A stretch of DNA of 64,000 nt, from NCBI GenBank assembly GCA_027486795.1, contig JAIXOI010000023.1:322076-386075 (forward strand). Direction: 5' to 3'. The notes beneath the pieces were generated by a model that saw nothing but the letters and a program-made list of their open reading frames with translations, searched no databases and was not told where the DNA came from. The position numbers were made by a program, and so were the translations under genes. This stretch comes from Sphingobacteriales bacterium (lineage in GTDB: Bacteria > Bacteroidota > Bacteroidia > Chitinophagales > CAIOSU01). Below, in pieces: positions 42,950 to 53,142 of the stretch. The number at the start of each line of letters is the position of its first letter. Position 1 is the stretch's first letter.

Positions 42950-43903
42950 ATGTTCAAAATTCAGGAAGATTCTTTTGGGAACCTTACACAGTTAGAGATA
43001 AACAACGTTCTATCGGGTGAGTACGTGACCATAATACACGACTATGGCACCAACACCAACGAATTGGTGCTGCAAGCCAACAAGAAAAATATTCCTTTGT
43101 TGCGCGGTACCAACGATAGTAAGGACATGTCGAAAAAGCAGTGGTTCAAAGGAGCTAAGCTTGCGCCGTTTCCGAACCGAATAAAAGATGGCAAGTATAG
43201 TTTCAATGGTAAAGACTACGTGCTGCCTAGAAACGAAGCAAACAAGAAAAACTCGTTGCATGGTTTTATGTTCAACAAGCCATTCGACCTTATAAGCCAC
43301 TCAGAAAGTAGCACCGAAGGCAATGTTGAGTTTGAATATACCCACAATGGCAAGCACGATGGTTATCCGTTCCCTTTCCGCATGAATATTATTTATGCGC
43401 TTTCGGAGGATGGGTTTGAGTGCGTAACTACCATTAAAAATATCGGCCTTGAGCCTATGCCAGTTGGCGATGGCTGGCATCCATACTTTAAAACCGGTAC
43501 CTTGGTTGATAGGCTTCAGCTTATTTTACCCGACTGCGAAGAACTTGAAGTAGACGAAAACCTGATACCAACCGGAAAACGCAAGCCCTACACCCGATTT
43601 ACTGAGCTGGAAACCATAGGCAAAACAGAATTTGATACGCCATTTGCGATAAAAGTAAACGCCCGCGAAGACACTGCCTACGTGCAGCTTTACGATGCCG
43701 ACCGTAATTTCCAGATTACACTGTGGCAAGAAATTGGCAAAGAAAAATACAATTACTTCCAATTGTACATACCCGAAGACCGCCAATCAATAGCCATAGA
43801 GCCAATGACCTGCGCCCCCGATGCGTTTAACAACGGCATGGGCCTCATTACCCTAAAACCTGGCGAAAGTTTTACAGGCACTTATGGTGTTACAGTAAAG
43901 TAA
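42950..43903 (+). CDS. Aldose 1-epimerase (galactose mutarotase-like) family protein
   Basis: 317 aa. Motifs are NSLHGF, GYPFPF and GWHPYF, with a C-terminal IEPMT block. Confidence 0.75.
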   Translation: MFKIQEDSFGNLTQLEINNVLSGEYVTIIHDYGTNTNELVLQANKKNIPLLRGTNDSKDMSKKQWFKGAKLAPFPNRIKDGKYSFNGKDYVLPRNEANKKNSLHGFMFNKPFDLISHSESSTEGNVEFEYTHNGKHDGYPFPFRMNIIYALSEDGFECVTTIKNIGLEPMPVGDGWHPYFKTGTLVDRLQLILPDCEELEVDENLIPTGKRKPYTRFTELETIGKTEFDTPFAIKVNAREDTAYVQLYDADRNFQITLWQEIGKEKYNYFQLYIPEDRQSIAIEPMTCAPDAFNNGMGLITLKPGESFTGTYGVTVK

Positions 43904-44006
43904 CAAGCCCTTTATCAATTAGCAACTTAGACACATCCTAATCAGGGTGCGGGTAATAATGTGTAAGATTTTGATTATGAAATAGCTAAAACGCCATAAA
44001 TAGTAT

Positions 44007-44014
44007 TATTTTTG
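44007..44014 (+). promoter_or_regulatory. Candidate -7 promoter box TATTTTTG
   Basis: It fits TAnnTTTG and lies 39 nt upstream of the lipoprotein ATG at 44054. Confidence 0.3.
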
Positions 44015-44053
44015 CAATCTGTAAAAACTCAAAAACACCCAAAGGGATTGAAA

Positions 44054-45772
44054 ATGAAAACATTACGCCACTTTTTGATCATTGCTGTTTGCGCCATACT
44101 GATGGCATCGTGCGGATATCCTGATCACTTGAAAACCCTGCCCAAAGAAACTGTGGCTGTGGTAAGTTTTGACCTAGCAGGTATGGCCGCCAAAGGCGAT
44201 TTGGACCAACTCCAAAATGCCGAGTTCTACAAGAAGCTGCAGGCTAAAATGGGCGAAAAGGATGCCGAAACGGCCAAACAAACCGACGAGTTTATGAAAA
44301 ACCCGTTGAACTATGGTATCAACTTTCTAGAACCGGTTTATCTTTTTGTAACCTACAAAGGCGCTGGTGAGGATCCCAATGTGGGCCTTAGCATAGCCTT
44401 AGGAGATGCCGATAAGTTTAAAACCTTTATAACCAAGGTATTGAAGGCCGAAGAAAACGGATACGCCGTTGAAACTGCCACCGGATATAACTATCTAAAA
44501 ACCCCGGAGGCCAGTTTTGGCTGGAGCGAGGGAACGTTGATTGTTTTACCTGCTTTAAGCAAAGATTCGCTTAACGACCCTACCAAGGTGTTTGCAAGCA
44601 TTTTTGCTGAGAAAGAAGATGGAGGCTCGGTGGTTGACATGCCCGGCTTTAAATCTTACTACAAAAAGAGCCAGGATATAAGTGGTTGGATAAGCATGGA
44701 TGTAATAGCCACCATAATGGATGCCGCTAAAGAGTTTTCGCCAGATTTGGCCGACGATCCAACTTTAAAAAACTACAATGAGCAAATGGAGAAATTGAAA
44801 GGCTCGAGCTTTCAGTTTCACGTTACCTTCAACGATGATGAGATATATACCGAGTATATAACCGATTTACCTAGCGATTTGCAAAAAATGTACAGCGATG
44901 AGATTCTTCGCTCTGGCTTACCAACTAAAATGTCGGATTTGATTAAGAGCACCGATTTGGGCGTTGTTTCAATGTCGTTGAACTTGAAAAACTACTTGAA
45001 GTTGATGAGCGACAACCCAGCATTTGACGACAAGACCAAAGAAACAATGAAACAATACGTTGCCGCCGCGCAGCAGTTTACGGCTCCTTTCGATGGCGAT
45101 TTGTTGATTACTTTGGCCGATGTAAGGGTTACTGAAAAGACCGTAACCGAACAGGTACCAGTATCGAAAATTGCGGAAGACGACAACCTATATGCCGGTG
45201 CAGACGATTATGAGTTTGATTGGGACGTAGAATACCAAGATACTACTTATACCAAAAGTGTAACTACCCCCATATTTTTGGCAGCAACTACCGTAAATGA
45301 TGAGACGTTTGGCTTTTTGGGCTTGATGTTGGGCGACGACAAACCAAAAGTAGACAAACTCACCACTACCAGCTTGGGCGATTATGAAATTTACACCACT
45401 ATTAAAGACAAAATGCTAGTAGTAGGCAACGATAAAGCCAGCATTGAAGCAATAGTAGGCGGCACGTATAAAGGCGATAACGATTGTGCTATGGCCAAAG
45501 GTGCCGCAAGCCACGGTGTATATGTTTATGCCAACCTAGATATGACCAAGTACCCAAAAGCGGTTCAAGATGTTATTGACGAAAGCGACGATACTGAAGA
45601 GACGGCAGCGGCTAAGAAACTGTTTGGCATTTTCGACAAAATTGAAATGTACAACAAGGAAAATTACACTGCAGTGGTTTCGGTTAAGCTAAAACCGAAC
45701 GGCCACAATAGCCTTTATACCCTTATTGAGCAATTTGGCAATATAGCCTACGATATGAGCGAATCGAAATAA
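44054..45772 (+). CDS. Large hypothetical lipoprotein (possibly DUF4836-like)
   Basis: The track ORF was trimmed to MKTLRHFLIIAVCAILMASCGYPD (lipobox). Confidence 0.6.
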   Translation: MKTLRHFLIIAVCAILMASCGYPDHLKTLPKETVAVVSFDLAGMAAKGDLDQLQNAEFYKKLQAKMGEKDAETAKQTDEFMKNPLNYGINFLEPVYLFVTYKGAGEDPNVGLSIALGDADKFKTFITKVLKAEENGYAVETATGYNYLKTPEASFGWSEGTLIVLPALSKDSLNDPTKVFASIFAEKEDGGSVVDMPGFKSYYKKSQDISGWISMDVIATIMDAAKEFSPDLADDPTLKNYNEQMEKLKGSSFQFHVTFNDDEIYTEYITDLPSDLQKMYSDEILRSGLPTKMSDLIKSTDLGVVSMSLNLKNYLKLMSDNPAFDDKTKETMKQYVAAAQQFTAPFDGDLLITLADVRVTEKTVTEQVPVSKIAEDDNLYAGADDYEFDWDVEYQDTTYTKSVTTPIFLAATTVNDETFGFLGLMLGDDKPKVDKLTTTSLGDYEIYTTIKDKMLVVGNDKASIEAIVGGTYKGDNDCAMAKGAASHGVYVYANLDMTKYPKAVQDVIDESDDTEETAAAKKLFGIFDKIEMYNKENYTAVVSVKLKPNGHNSLYTLIEQFGNIAYDMSESK

Positions 45773-45793
45773 ACACAACAGCTCATTTAAAAA

Positions 45794-45835
45794 ACGAAGG
45801 CCCGATTTGGAATACCAAATCGGGCCTTCGTTTTT
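45794..45835. terminator. Bidirectional rho-independent terminator
   Basis: A 17-bp perfect stem pairs ACGAAGGCCCGATTTGG (45794-45810) with CCAAATCGGGCCTTCGT (45815-45831). The loop is AATA. The stem is flanked by A4 and T5, and it lies between two convergent genes. Confidence 0.9.
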
Positions 45836-45848
45836 ATGCGAATTGTGC

Positions 45849-46454
45849 TTACAAGGTAGCCTCGTAATATGCCGCTACTTGTTTCCAATTAACCACGTTC
45901 CAGAACGCGCCTACATAATCGGGGCGGCGGTTTTGATAGTTAAGGTAATAGGCGTGCTCCCACACATCCAAACCTAGCACTGGGGTGCCTTTTACTTCGG
46001 CAATATCCATTAAAGGATTATCCTGGTTTGGGGTGCTAGTTATCTTTAATTTTCCATCAGCAACGATAAGCCAAGCCCAACCTGAGCCAAAGCGAGTAGC
46101 CGCTGCTGCAGCAAACTCTTCTTTAAACTTATCGAAAGAGCCAAAAGCTTGATTAATAGCTTCGGCAAGCGCGCCTGTTGGGGCTCCGCCAGCATTTGGG
46201 GCCATAACGGTCCAAAACAAATTGTGGTTGTAAAAGCCACCGCCATTGTTGCGAACAGCCGCACCAAACTTTGAAATATTGGCAAGAATTTCTTCGATAG
46301 TCTTATCGGCATCGGCAGTTCCTTCCAAAGCTTTGTTTAAGTTGGTGGTGTATGCCGCGTGGTGCTTTCCGTGGTGAATTTCCATGGTACGAGCATCAAT
46401 ATGAGGCTCAAGGGCATTAAAATCGTATGGTAAATCTGGTAATGTAAAAGCCAT
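45849..46454 (-). CDS. Fe/Mn superoxide dismutase
   Basis: 201 aa. Motifs are HHGKHH and [18 protein letters not shown]. Confidence 0.9.
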   Translation of the reverse strand: MAFTLPDLPYDFNALEPHIDARTMEIHHGKHHAAYTTNLNKALEGTADADKTIEEILANISKFGAAVRNNGGGFYNHNLFWTVMAPNAGGAPTGALAEAINQAFGSFDKFKEEFAAAAATRFGSGWAWLIVADGKLKITSTPNQDNPLMDIAEVKGTPVLGLDVWEHAYYLNYQNRRPDYVGAFWNVVNWKQVAAYYEATL

Positions 46455-46579
46455 AATGTCAGGTTTTTTGTAAGTAAACAGAATTCATTCAAGTTTCAAA
46501 TATAGGGTATTGAGTTAACTTCAGTGGTCTTAAAAATGTTCAGTAAGCTTATGTCTTTGTAAATTCTTGTTAAAGAAAG

Positions 46580-47473
46580 TTACATACCGCTGCGCAATAT
46601 GAGCTCAATTTCGGCTTGGTTTTGCAAAGGCACAAAGCCCGCTGCTATGGCTTTACTACTATCCAAGGTTACATCTTTGGGCCTTGGTGCGGGCATGGGC
46701 ACTTCGGCTTGCAGTATAGCCTTAATGTTGGGTTGGGCTATACCAGCTGCTTGAGCCATTAACTTGCCTAATGTATACCTGTTGGTTTTTTCGGGGCCAC
46801 CCAAATGATAGGTTCCATTAAATGCGGAAACTGCCAGCAACAAACCTTTGGCGGCTGAGATGGCTCCTAAAGCCGAACGATATTCATCGGTAAACAGGCC
46901 AATTTCGTCATTGGCTCTTATCTTTTGCAAAAGGGGTAAAAAGAAGTTTTTTGACCCTTCCCCACCTACCCCAAACATAAGCGGCATTCGGCAAATGGCC
47001 GCTCGCGGATAAGCTATTCTAATACCCTCCTCGGCCTTTACTTTTTGCTCACCGTAGTGGTTTATGGGGTTTACGGCATCGGTCTCAAAGTACCCACCTT
47101 TTTCTCCATCAAACACCAAATCGGTAGAGGTGAAAACGTATGGTATCTGCATCTCAGCAGCTAGTTTAGCCAAGTATATGCTAGTGCTTACGTTCAATAT
47201 CTCTGTTTCCGCAGGAAATTGCTCACACCTATTTATATCGCCAATTGCAGCGGTGTGTATTATGGCATCGGCCTGCACTTCGCGCACTATGTTGCGCAGG
47301 GCAATATGGTCGGTAATGTCCATTTGTACCAACTGCAAACCAGATAAGTTTACGGTATGCTTTTGTGCGATGCCTATTATTTGATAATGCTGCTGGGCCT
47401 GCTGAATAACATTATGGCCTAAAAAACCACTAGCCCCGGTAAGCAATAAACGCGGCTTGAGTGAGGTTTTCAT
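46580..47473 (-). CDS. SDR-family sugar-nucleotide reductase (RmlD substrate-binding domain-like)
   Basis: 297 aa. Motifs are LLTGASGFLG, STDLVFDG and YGEQKVKAE. Confidence 0.7.
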   Translation of the reverse strand: MKTSLKPRLLLTGASGFLGHNVIQQAQQHYQIIGIAQKHTVNLSGLQLVQMDITDHIALRNIVREVQADAIIHTAAIGDINRCEQFPAETEILNVSTSIYLAKLAAEMQIPYVFTSTDLVFDGEKGGYFETDAVNPINHYGEQKVKAEEGIRIAYPRAAICRMPLMFGVGGEGSKNFFLPLLQKIRANDEIGLFTDEYRSALGAISAAKGLLLAVSAFNGTYHLGGPEKTNRYTLGKLMAQAAGIAQPNIKAILQAEVPMPAPRPKDVTLDSSKAIAAGFVPLQNQAEIELILRSGM

Positions 47474-48024
47474 TATTTCCCAGCGTCTAAAATTTGGTTA
47501 TTGTGCAGATGGAAATTACCGCCGTCTTTGGTATTGTATTGCACTACTCCTAAACCCTTTGCAAAATACACTTCACTAATTTTGCTATCGGTATTGGTGC
47601 TATCTTCTTTAAAAACGTACACTTCCTTATAAACGATGTCGCCTACCTTATACTCAGCCAACGGCTCAATCAAATCGAAGGCACGGTATACTTCGCCAAA
47701 TTTCAGATAACGTTTAAATTCCAACTCATCTTTCAAAAGATACACCTTAAAATATTCACCTTTTTCGGGGTTGCCAACCGTTACCTCGGCCTCTATAGGA
47801 TAGTAGTTTCGCAATTTGGCAGGGTCTTTATGGCCCGAAATAAACAAGGTTACCTCGTCGCCAATAGAGTCGGGGTTTTGAAAAAGTATGTTGTCGCCGT
47901 CCTTGTAAACCAACCAACTCAACTCCTCTTCGGTAAACGACCCCTCCACCTTGCGATTGTTGCCGCACGAGAACCAAAAAAAAGACCAAAAAACAATGCC
48001 AAGTAACGGCAAACTCAATTTCAT
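47473..48024 (-). CDS. Hypothetical lipoprotein
   Basis: 183 aa with a lipobox (WFSCG). Confidence 0.55.
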   Translation of the reverse strand: MKLSLPLLGIVFWSFFWFSCGNNRKVEGSFTEEELSWLVYKDGDNILFQNPDSIGDEVTLFISGHKDPAKLRNYYPIEAEVTVGNPEKGEYFKVYLLKDELEFKRYLKFGEVYRAFDLIEPLAEYKVGDIVYKEVYVFKEDSTNTDSKISEVYFAKGLGVVQYNTKDGGNFHLHNNQILDAGK

Positions 48025-48152
48025 GGGGCAAAGATAAATAAAACGACCCGCTTACCATGATAGTGTTTGGGTTATTATTCACGTTTCAATTTATGGCCAA
48101 CAACCTAGTAATCGGAGCTTGTTTTGCTATATTTGCAGCAAAACGACTAACT

Positions 48153-48467
48153 ATGTTCGGAGATTTAATGGGTAAGCTGGGCGAGATGCAGCAGCGTATG
48201 GAAGACATGAAAAAGCGCTTGGATACCATTACCGTAATTGGCGAAGCTGGCAGTGGCTTGGTAAAAGCTACCGTAACCGGTAACCGTAAATTGGTTAACC
48301 TTCAGATATCTCCCGAACTGATTAAAGACAACGACACCGAAGCTATAGAAGACTTGGTAACCGTGGCCGTAAACCGCGCACTAGAGCAAGCCGAGAAAGT
48401 AGCCGAAGCAGAAAGTACCGCAATGGGCAAAGACATGCTACCGGGTTTCCCTGGCCTAGGTATGTAA
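48153..48467 (+). CDS. YbaB/EbfC family nucleoid-associated protein
   Basis: The track ORF was trimmed to MFGDLMGKLGEMQQRMEDMKKRL (ATG at 48153). The product is 104 aa, typical in length and motif. Confidence 0.85.
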   Translation: MFGDLMGKLGEMQQRMEDMKKRLDTITVIGEAGSGLVKATVTGNRKLVNLQISPELIKDNDTEAIEDLVTVAVNRALEQAEKVAEAESTAMGKDMLPGFPGLGM

Positions 48468-48468
48468 C

Positions 48469-49320
48469 TCAACCGCCTTTTTGAAAAAACTGCTTAGCCA
48501 AAAACTTGATGCTTTGGCTGTAAGCATCGGTTGCTGCTGTTACATCAAAATTAGGATTGCTAGGGTTTGCAAACGCATGCACCGCATCATACGATTTAAC
48601 GGTTAGGACTTTACCAGCGCTTTTCATATCGGCCTCAAACTCAGTAACCAGTTCTGGCGTTATCCATTCATCCTTTTGGGCTAGCACAAACAGCACTTCG
48701 GCCTGTAAGGTTCTTAGTTTCTCTAAATCCTTTTCGGGCATACCGTAATACATTACCGCCCCAGCGGCTTGTTTACCCGCCATTATTGTTGCCTGCAACG
48801 ACCAACCGCCGCCAAAGCACCAACCTACAGTGCCAATAATTGCTTGTTTGCCTACGTAGCTTATTGCGCCTTGTATAATGCTGCGCGCACGGGCATCTTC
48901 AATAGCGCCCATAAATTTAGCGGCATCTTCTCTAGTGGTGGCAAGGTTACCATCGTATAGGTCAATAACCAATACGTTTACATCTTTCAACGACTCGAAG
49001 TATTTTACAGCCTCTTTCTTGATATGGTCGTTTAGGCCCCACCACTCATGGAATACAAATAACCACTTGTTGGTTTTGTATGGGGTAAGTATTTGAAACG
49101 CCTGCGATTTGCGCCCATCGGGGGTCTTGAAACCTACCATTTGGCCAATATCATCGCTAAACACATAGGGTAATGGTTCGGCATGCGACGAGTTGAAACC
49201 GGCATCGGCAGTAAGCGTAGAAAATTCTTGTGTGGCAGTCATGCTGCAGCACGACATTTTATTTTGTGCCATAAGGGCAACATTTGAAAAAGCGAAAATG
49301 ATAAAAAGGATGGTTCTCAT
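48469..49320 (-). CDS. Dienelactone hydrolase family protein (secreted)
   Basis: 283 aa. It has a signal peptide, the motif HEWWGLN and a GWCFGG nucleophile elbow. Confidence 0.75.
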   Translation of the reverse strand: MRTILFIIFAFSNVALMAQNKMSCCSMTATQEFSTLTADAGFNSSHAEPLPYVFSDDIGQMVGFKTPDGRKSQAFQILTPYKTNKWLFVFHEWWGLNDHIKKEAVKYFESLKDVNVLVIDLYDGNLATTREDAAKFMGAIEDARARSIIQGAISYVGKQAIIGTVGWCFGGGWSLQATIMAGKQAAGAVMYYGMPEKDLEKLRTLQAEVLFVLAQKDEWITPELVTEFEADMKSAGKVLTVKSYDAVHAFANPSNPNFDVTAATDAYSQSIKFLAKQFFQKGG

Positions 49321-49362
49321 TGTGAATGTTTTGTTCTATAAACAACAAATCAAAATTATGGT

Positions 49363-49662
49363 TTATACACCAATATCTGTTAGCTCAGTTCGGGTATCGT
49401 GAAATGTTACTATTTCGACAAAATTATTTTTAACTCTGTAAAAAATAACGGTTTCCTTAGTTAATACACATTTGCGTAAATCAGCAAACTCAACTGAAAC
49501 AGGAAACATTTCAGGCATCCGTGAAATCAATCGTATTACTTTGTAAAGCTTTTTTAGAAACGTTTTTCTAACCGCTGGCGGAAATTCTGTATCAAGATAT
49601 TGAAGAATCTCATCTAGGCGATATTCGGCTCTTTCAGAAATTATTACTTCCAGATTTCTCAT
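49363..49662 (-). CDS. RelE/ParE-family type II toxin
   Basis: 99 aa. The pattern is ParE-like, and the gene has a 4-bp overlap with the upstream small gene. Confidence 0.65.
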   Translation of the reverse strand: MRNLEVIISERAEYRLDEILQYLDTEFPPAVRKTFLKKLYKVIRLISRMPEMFPVSVEFADLRKCVLTKETVIFYRVKNNFVEIVTFHDTRTELTDIGV

Positions 49663-49871
49663 AACAAGCGCCGAAGTACTTCTTCAAATTTCTTTGACCG
49701 GCCTGCATCTAAATCATTTATTCCAGCCTGAATATCCTTTTTTTGTGGCTCAGTCAACTCACTCCAAAAATCATGCTCTTCTTTTGCAAAATCAAGCAAC
49801 TGCTCAATCTGATTTAAAAGCTCATCGTCATCTGTTTCCGATATTCTTTTCAAAATTGCTTCCTTATCCAT
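49659..49871 (-). CDS. Putative antitoxin of the ParE-like toxin
   Basis: The track ORF was trimmed to MDKEAILKRISE (ATG at 49871), giving a 70-aa acidic helical protein. Confidence 0.55.
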   Translation of the reverse strand: MDKEAILKRISETDDDELLNQIEQLLDFAKEEHDFWSELTEPQKKDIQAGINDLDAGRSKKFEEVLRRLL

Positions 49872-49912
49872 AACCTTAATTCTTACCCCAAGATAATTAT
49901 AATCAACTAAAA

Positions 49913-50554
49913 TTACCACTCCACTTTTTTCAATACCGCGTTCAGTTCACTTATCATCATGGCAGTAGCGCCCCAGATAATGCGCCCTCCAATGTCAAAC
50001 GACGGCGAATCGACCTCGATACCCTCACGGATAACAATGCGTCGAGTAGCTGCTATAGCTGGGTCGGATAGCAGTTGTATGTCAATTTCCAATATCTCGG
50101 CCACTTCGGTCAACTGGGGCACAAAAGAGGGCCGCTCATAGCTTATGCCCATCACCGGGGTTACTAAAAAATTACTTGGCGGAATATACAGCTCACTCAA
50201 GGGCCTAATAACTTCCACCTGTTCAGGCTTTATACCTACTTCCTCCCAAGCTTCGCGCAGTGCGGTTTGTATCAAATCGGCATCGTCATCTTCTTTTTTG
50301 CCCCCGGGGAAAGCTACTTGGCCACTATGCACCCCTTCATACTTTGGCCGTTGAATAAAAACTGTGTGCACTAAATCATTATGAGGGTAAAACAATATCA
50401 AAACAGCTCCCAAGCGCGCATTCTGGTAATACTCGGCCCAAGTTTCAGGTTTCATGCGCTGTGCTGGGGCCATTTGTTGCTGCGCCTGCCACCCTGGCAA
50501 CTCATCTTTGGCTGTTTTTTTCAAGCCTTTTACAAAACTTTCAAACCGCTCCAT
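49913..50554 (-). CDS. NUDIX hydrolase (CoA pyrophosphatase-like)
   Basis: The Nudix box is GGKKEDDDADLIQTALREAWEEVGI. It is preceded by QVAFPGG. Confidence 0.8.
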   Translation of the reverse strand: MERFESFVKGLKKTAKDELPGWQAQQQMAPAQRMKPETWAEYYQNARLGAVLILFYPHNDLVHTVFIQRPKYEGVHSGQVAFPGGKKEDDDADLIQTALREAWEEVGIKPEQVEVIRPLSELYIPPSNFLVTPVMGISYERPSFVPQLTEVAEILEIDIQLLSDPAIAATRRIVIREGIEVDSPSFDIGGRIIWGATAMMISELNAVLKKVEW

Positions 50555-51921
50555 TAATATCTGCTTTCAATTTCGTCCACCCAAGCATCAATCAACGCCT
50601 GAGAAACCTCCGTATCGGGCGCTGAGGCCACCATAAGCATGTTAGCTTGCTCGGCTTCAATAAAGAAGCTATCGTGCACCTGTGCCCTCCTGAGGGCCTC
50701 TGCATAAGGCAGATTGCTAAAAGTTACCATAGTATACAAAGGCACATACCTTTCGGGATGTTTACGGTGTAATTGTTTCTCTACCTGCTTTTGCAATTGA
50801 AAAAATGGATCGGACACCAAATCGCGCATTTCGATAAAATTGCGCACTGCCAGTTCCGCTATGCCATCGGCATTGGGTTTGCGGCTTCGCTGATATGCCT
50901 CCAATACTACTGGCCAATCTTCACTGAGCTCGGTAGCAAGCTCATCTAGCACCGAGCAATCTTCAAAGCCAGCATTCATGCCTTGGCCATAAAACGGTAC
51001 AATGGCGTGGGCGGCATCACCCATCAGGGCTATTTTGTTGCCAAATACCCAAGGGTAGCACTTAACCGTAACCAACGACGAGGTAGGATTTGAAAAGAAC
51101 TCCTCCACATAATTGGGCATCAACGTTACCACATCCGGAAAAAAAAAAAAAAAAAATGCCTTTACCTGTTCTTCGGATTTCAGGTTTTCAAAGGCTACTT
51201 CGCCCTCAAAGGCCAAGAAAAGTGTGCAAGTAAAACTGCCATCCAAATTGGGCAATGCAATAAGCATAAAGCTTTTGCGGGGCCATATATGAAGTGCGCT
51301 AGGGTCCATGCGAAAGCCGCCGCCATCTGCAGGGGGTATGCTCAGCTCTTTGTAGCCATGGGGTAAGTAGTACTGACTATAATCAAACCTATCGGTTTTT
51401 TCCATGCTGCCCCGTATTGCAGAGAAGGCCCCATCAGTGGCAAATATCACCTCGCTTTGGGTGGTAAACTGCTCGCCCGTTTTGGTATTCTCTAGCAGCA
51501 CTTCGCTGTTTCCTTTGTCAATATCAAGGCTGCGGGTATTGAAATGGAAGGTAACATTGCCCTGTTGTTCGGCTTCGTTCATGAGCAGTTCGTTTAACCC
51601 GCCCCGCGAAATGGAATTGATATATTGCCCATGCTCGCCATAGGGTTGCAACCCACCAAGGCTGCCATCGGGCAAATGGATAAGCCTACCGTGCATAGGT
51701 ATGGCCATATCCCTTATTTTCGACTCCAACCCTAATGTCTTCAGTGCCTTTAAGCCCCTATCGCTCAAGGCAAGGTTAATAGAGCGGCCACCGCCAGTAT
51801 TCAACTTGCGCATATCGGGGCGGCGCTCGTACACGTTTACCTCGTAGCCACGCTTAGCCATAAACAATGCCCAAAGCGAGCCTACTAGCCCTGCACCAAT
51901 GATTGTTGCTCGTTTCACCAC
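50554..51921 (-). CDS. kmo: Kynurenine 3-monooxygenase (FAD-dependent)
   Basis: 455 aa. It has the GxGxxG motif IIGAGLVGS, a YERRPD motif and the C-terminal GDAAHAIVPFYGQGMN block. Confidence 0.85.
   Translation of the reverse strand: MVKRATIIGAGLVGSLWALFMAKRGYEVNVYERRPDMRKLNTGGGRSINLALSDRGLKALKTLGLESKIRDMAIPMHGRLIHLPDGSLGGLQPYGEHGQYINSISRGGLNELLMNEAEQQGNVTFHFNTRSLDIDKGNSEVLLENTKTGEQFTTQSEVIFATDGAFSAIRGSMEKTDRFDYSQYYLPHGYKELSIPPADGGGFRMDPSALHIWPRKSFMLIALPNLDGSFTCTLFLAFEGEVAFENLKSEEQVKAFFFFFFPDVVTLMPNYVEEFFSNPTSSLVTVKCYPWVFGNKIALMGDAAHAIVPFYGQGMNAGFEDCSVLDELATELSEDWPVVLEAYQRSRKPNADGIAELAVRNFIEMRDLVSDPFFQLQKQVEKQLHRKHPERYVPLYTMVTFSNLPYAEALRRAQVHDSFFIEAEQANMLMVASAPDTEVSQALIDAWVDEIESRY
51139..51156. 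repeat. 18-nt homopolymer (A18 on plus, T18 in sense) inside kmo
   Basis: The run reads ggAAAAAAAAAAAAAAAAAAtgcc. It encodes FFFFFF at residues 256-261 and keeps the frame. Confidence 0.95.
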
Positions 51922-52032
51922 CTTACCAATTTGATTGGTTGCAAATTACGATTTTGTAGAGAGAAATAGGATAGGAAATAAGCTTGTATGGGTAATAATA
52001 AAACGAGCAAGATAGCGGGTAAACTATCTAGA

Positions 52033-52752
52033 TTACATACTTGTTCGGGTATCTTCGTTGTTAGTAACAACTACCCCAAGATCTTCAACAACTTCAGTAT
52101 CTGCTTTATTATTCAATGTCGCTCCATCCAATTCTTCGTCTTCCTTAAAGAAACGTTTCTGGAAAATGAGTATCAATATTACCCCTCCCGTAATGGCGGC
52201 ATCAGCGATGTTAAAAATAGGGCCAAAAAAAGTAAATGATTTACCACCTAGAAAGGGAATAGCATGGGGAATATTAACTGTAAATAAATTGAATGAAAGC
52301 ATATCAACCACCTTACCGTGCAACCAAGGAGCATAACCACCTTCGGCAGGGAAAAGCTGCGCCAGTTCGGTAGTGGTGTGTGAGCTGGCAGAGAAAATAA
52401 CGCCATAAAATACGCTATCAATAATATTGCCTAGCGCACCAGCCAATATCAGCGAGATGCTGACAATCAAACCCCTTGCAGCCTTTTTGTTGGTGAGGAC
52501 GTATAAGTAATAGCCTATAAAACAAACTGCGGCAATGCGAAAGGTAGTAAGAATAATTTTGCCATACACCCCGTCCAGTTTCCAACCGAAAGCCATACCT
52601 TCATTCTCAACAAAATAGAGCTTGAAGGCTTCGCCAAAAACCTCATACTCCTCCCCATGATAAAAATTAAGTTTTATATAAAACTTTAGGGCCTGGTCGA
52701 AAAACAGTACCAAGAATGCAATAATGATGGGTAAACGGTACTTGTACAACAC
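52033..52752 (-). CDS. lspA: Lipoprotein signal peptidase II
   Basis: 239 aa. Motifs are GALGNIIDSVFYG, VVDMLSF and FNIADAAI. It has a C-terminal extension. Confidence 0.85.
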   Translation of the reverse strand: MLYKYRLPIIIAFLVLFFDQALKFYIKLNFYHGEEYEVFGEAFKLYFVENEGMAFGWKLDGVYGKIILTTFRIAAVCFIGYYLYVLTNKKAARGLIVSISLILAGALGNIIDSVFYGVIFSASSHTTTELAQLFPAEGGYAPWLHGKVVDMLSFNLFTVNIPHAIPFLGGKSFTFFGPIFNIADAAITGGVILILIFQKRFFKEDEELDGATLNNKADTEVVEDLGVVVTNNEDTRTSM

Positions 52753-52753
52753 G

Positions 52754-53140
52754 TTATTTATTCTGCGCTTTTTTGGCTTCGATACTTAGCGTAGCATGTG
52801 GCACAGCACGCAAACGCTCTGCACTGATAAGCTTACCTGTATCGCGGCAAATGCCGTATGTTTTGTTCTCAATACGAATCAATGCCTTCTCTAAATGTTG
52901 AATGTATTGAATTTGGCGGCTGGCCATTTGATTCAAATACTCGCGCTCCATAGTGGCCGAACCATCCTCCAAGCCCGAAAACCGGGTGTCTGAATCGTCG
53001 CCCATATCGCCAGAACGGTTTATTTGCTCTTGCAAATATTTCAGTTCGCTACGTGAGTTTTCCAACTTATCGGTAATCAACTCCTTGAACTCTTGGAGTT
53101 CGGCGTCGCTGTAACGAGATTTTTCCTTGTTGTCAGACAT
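52754..53140 (-). CDS. TraR/DksA-family protein
   Basis: 128 aa. A coiled-coil region is followed by a C-terminal zinc-finger-like region. It sits in the conserved position between ileS and lspA. Confidence 0.7.
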   Translation of the reverse strand: MSDNKEKSRYSDAELQEFKELITDKLENSRSELKYLQEQINRSGDMGDDSDTRFSGLEDGSATMEREYLNQMASRQIQYIQHLEKALIRIENKTYGICRDTGKLISAERLRAVPHATLSIEAKKAQNK

Positions 53141-53142
53141 TT

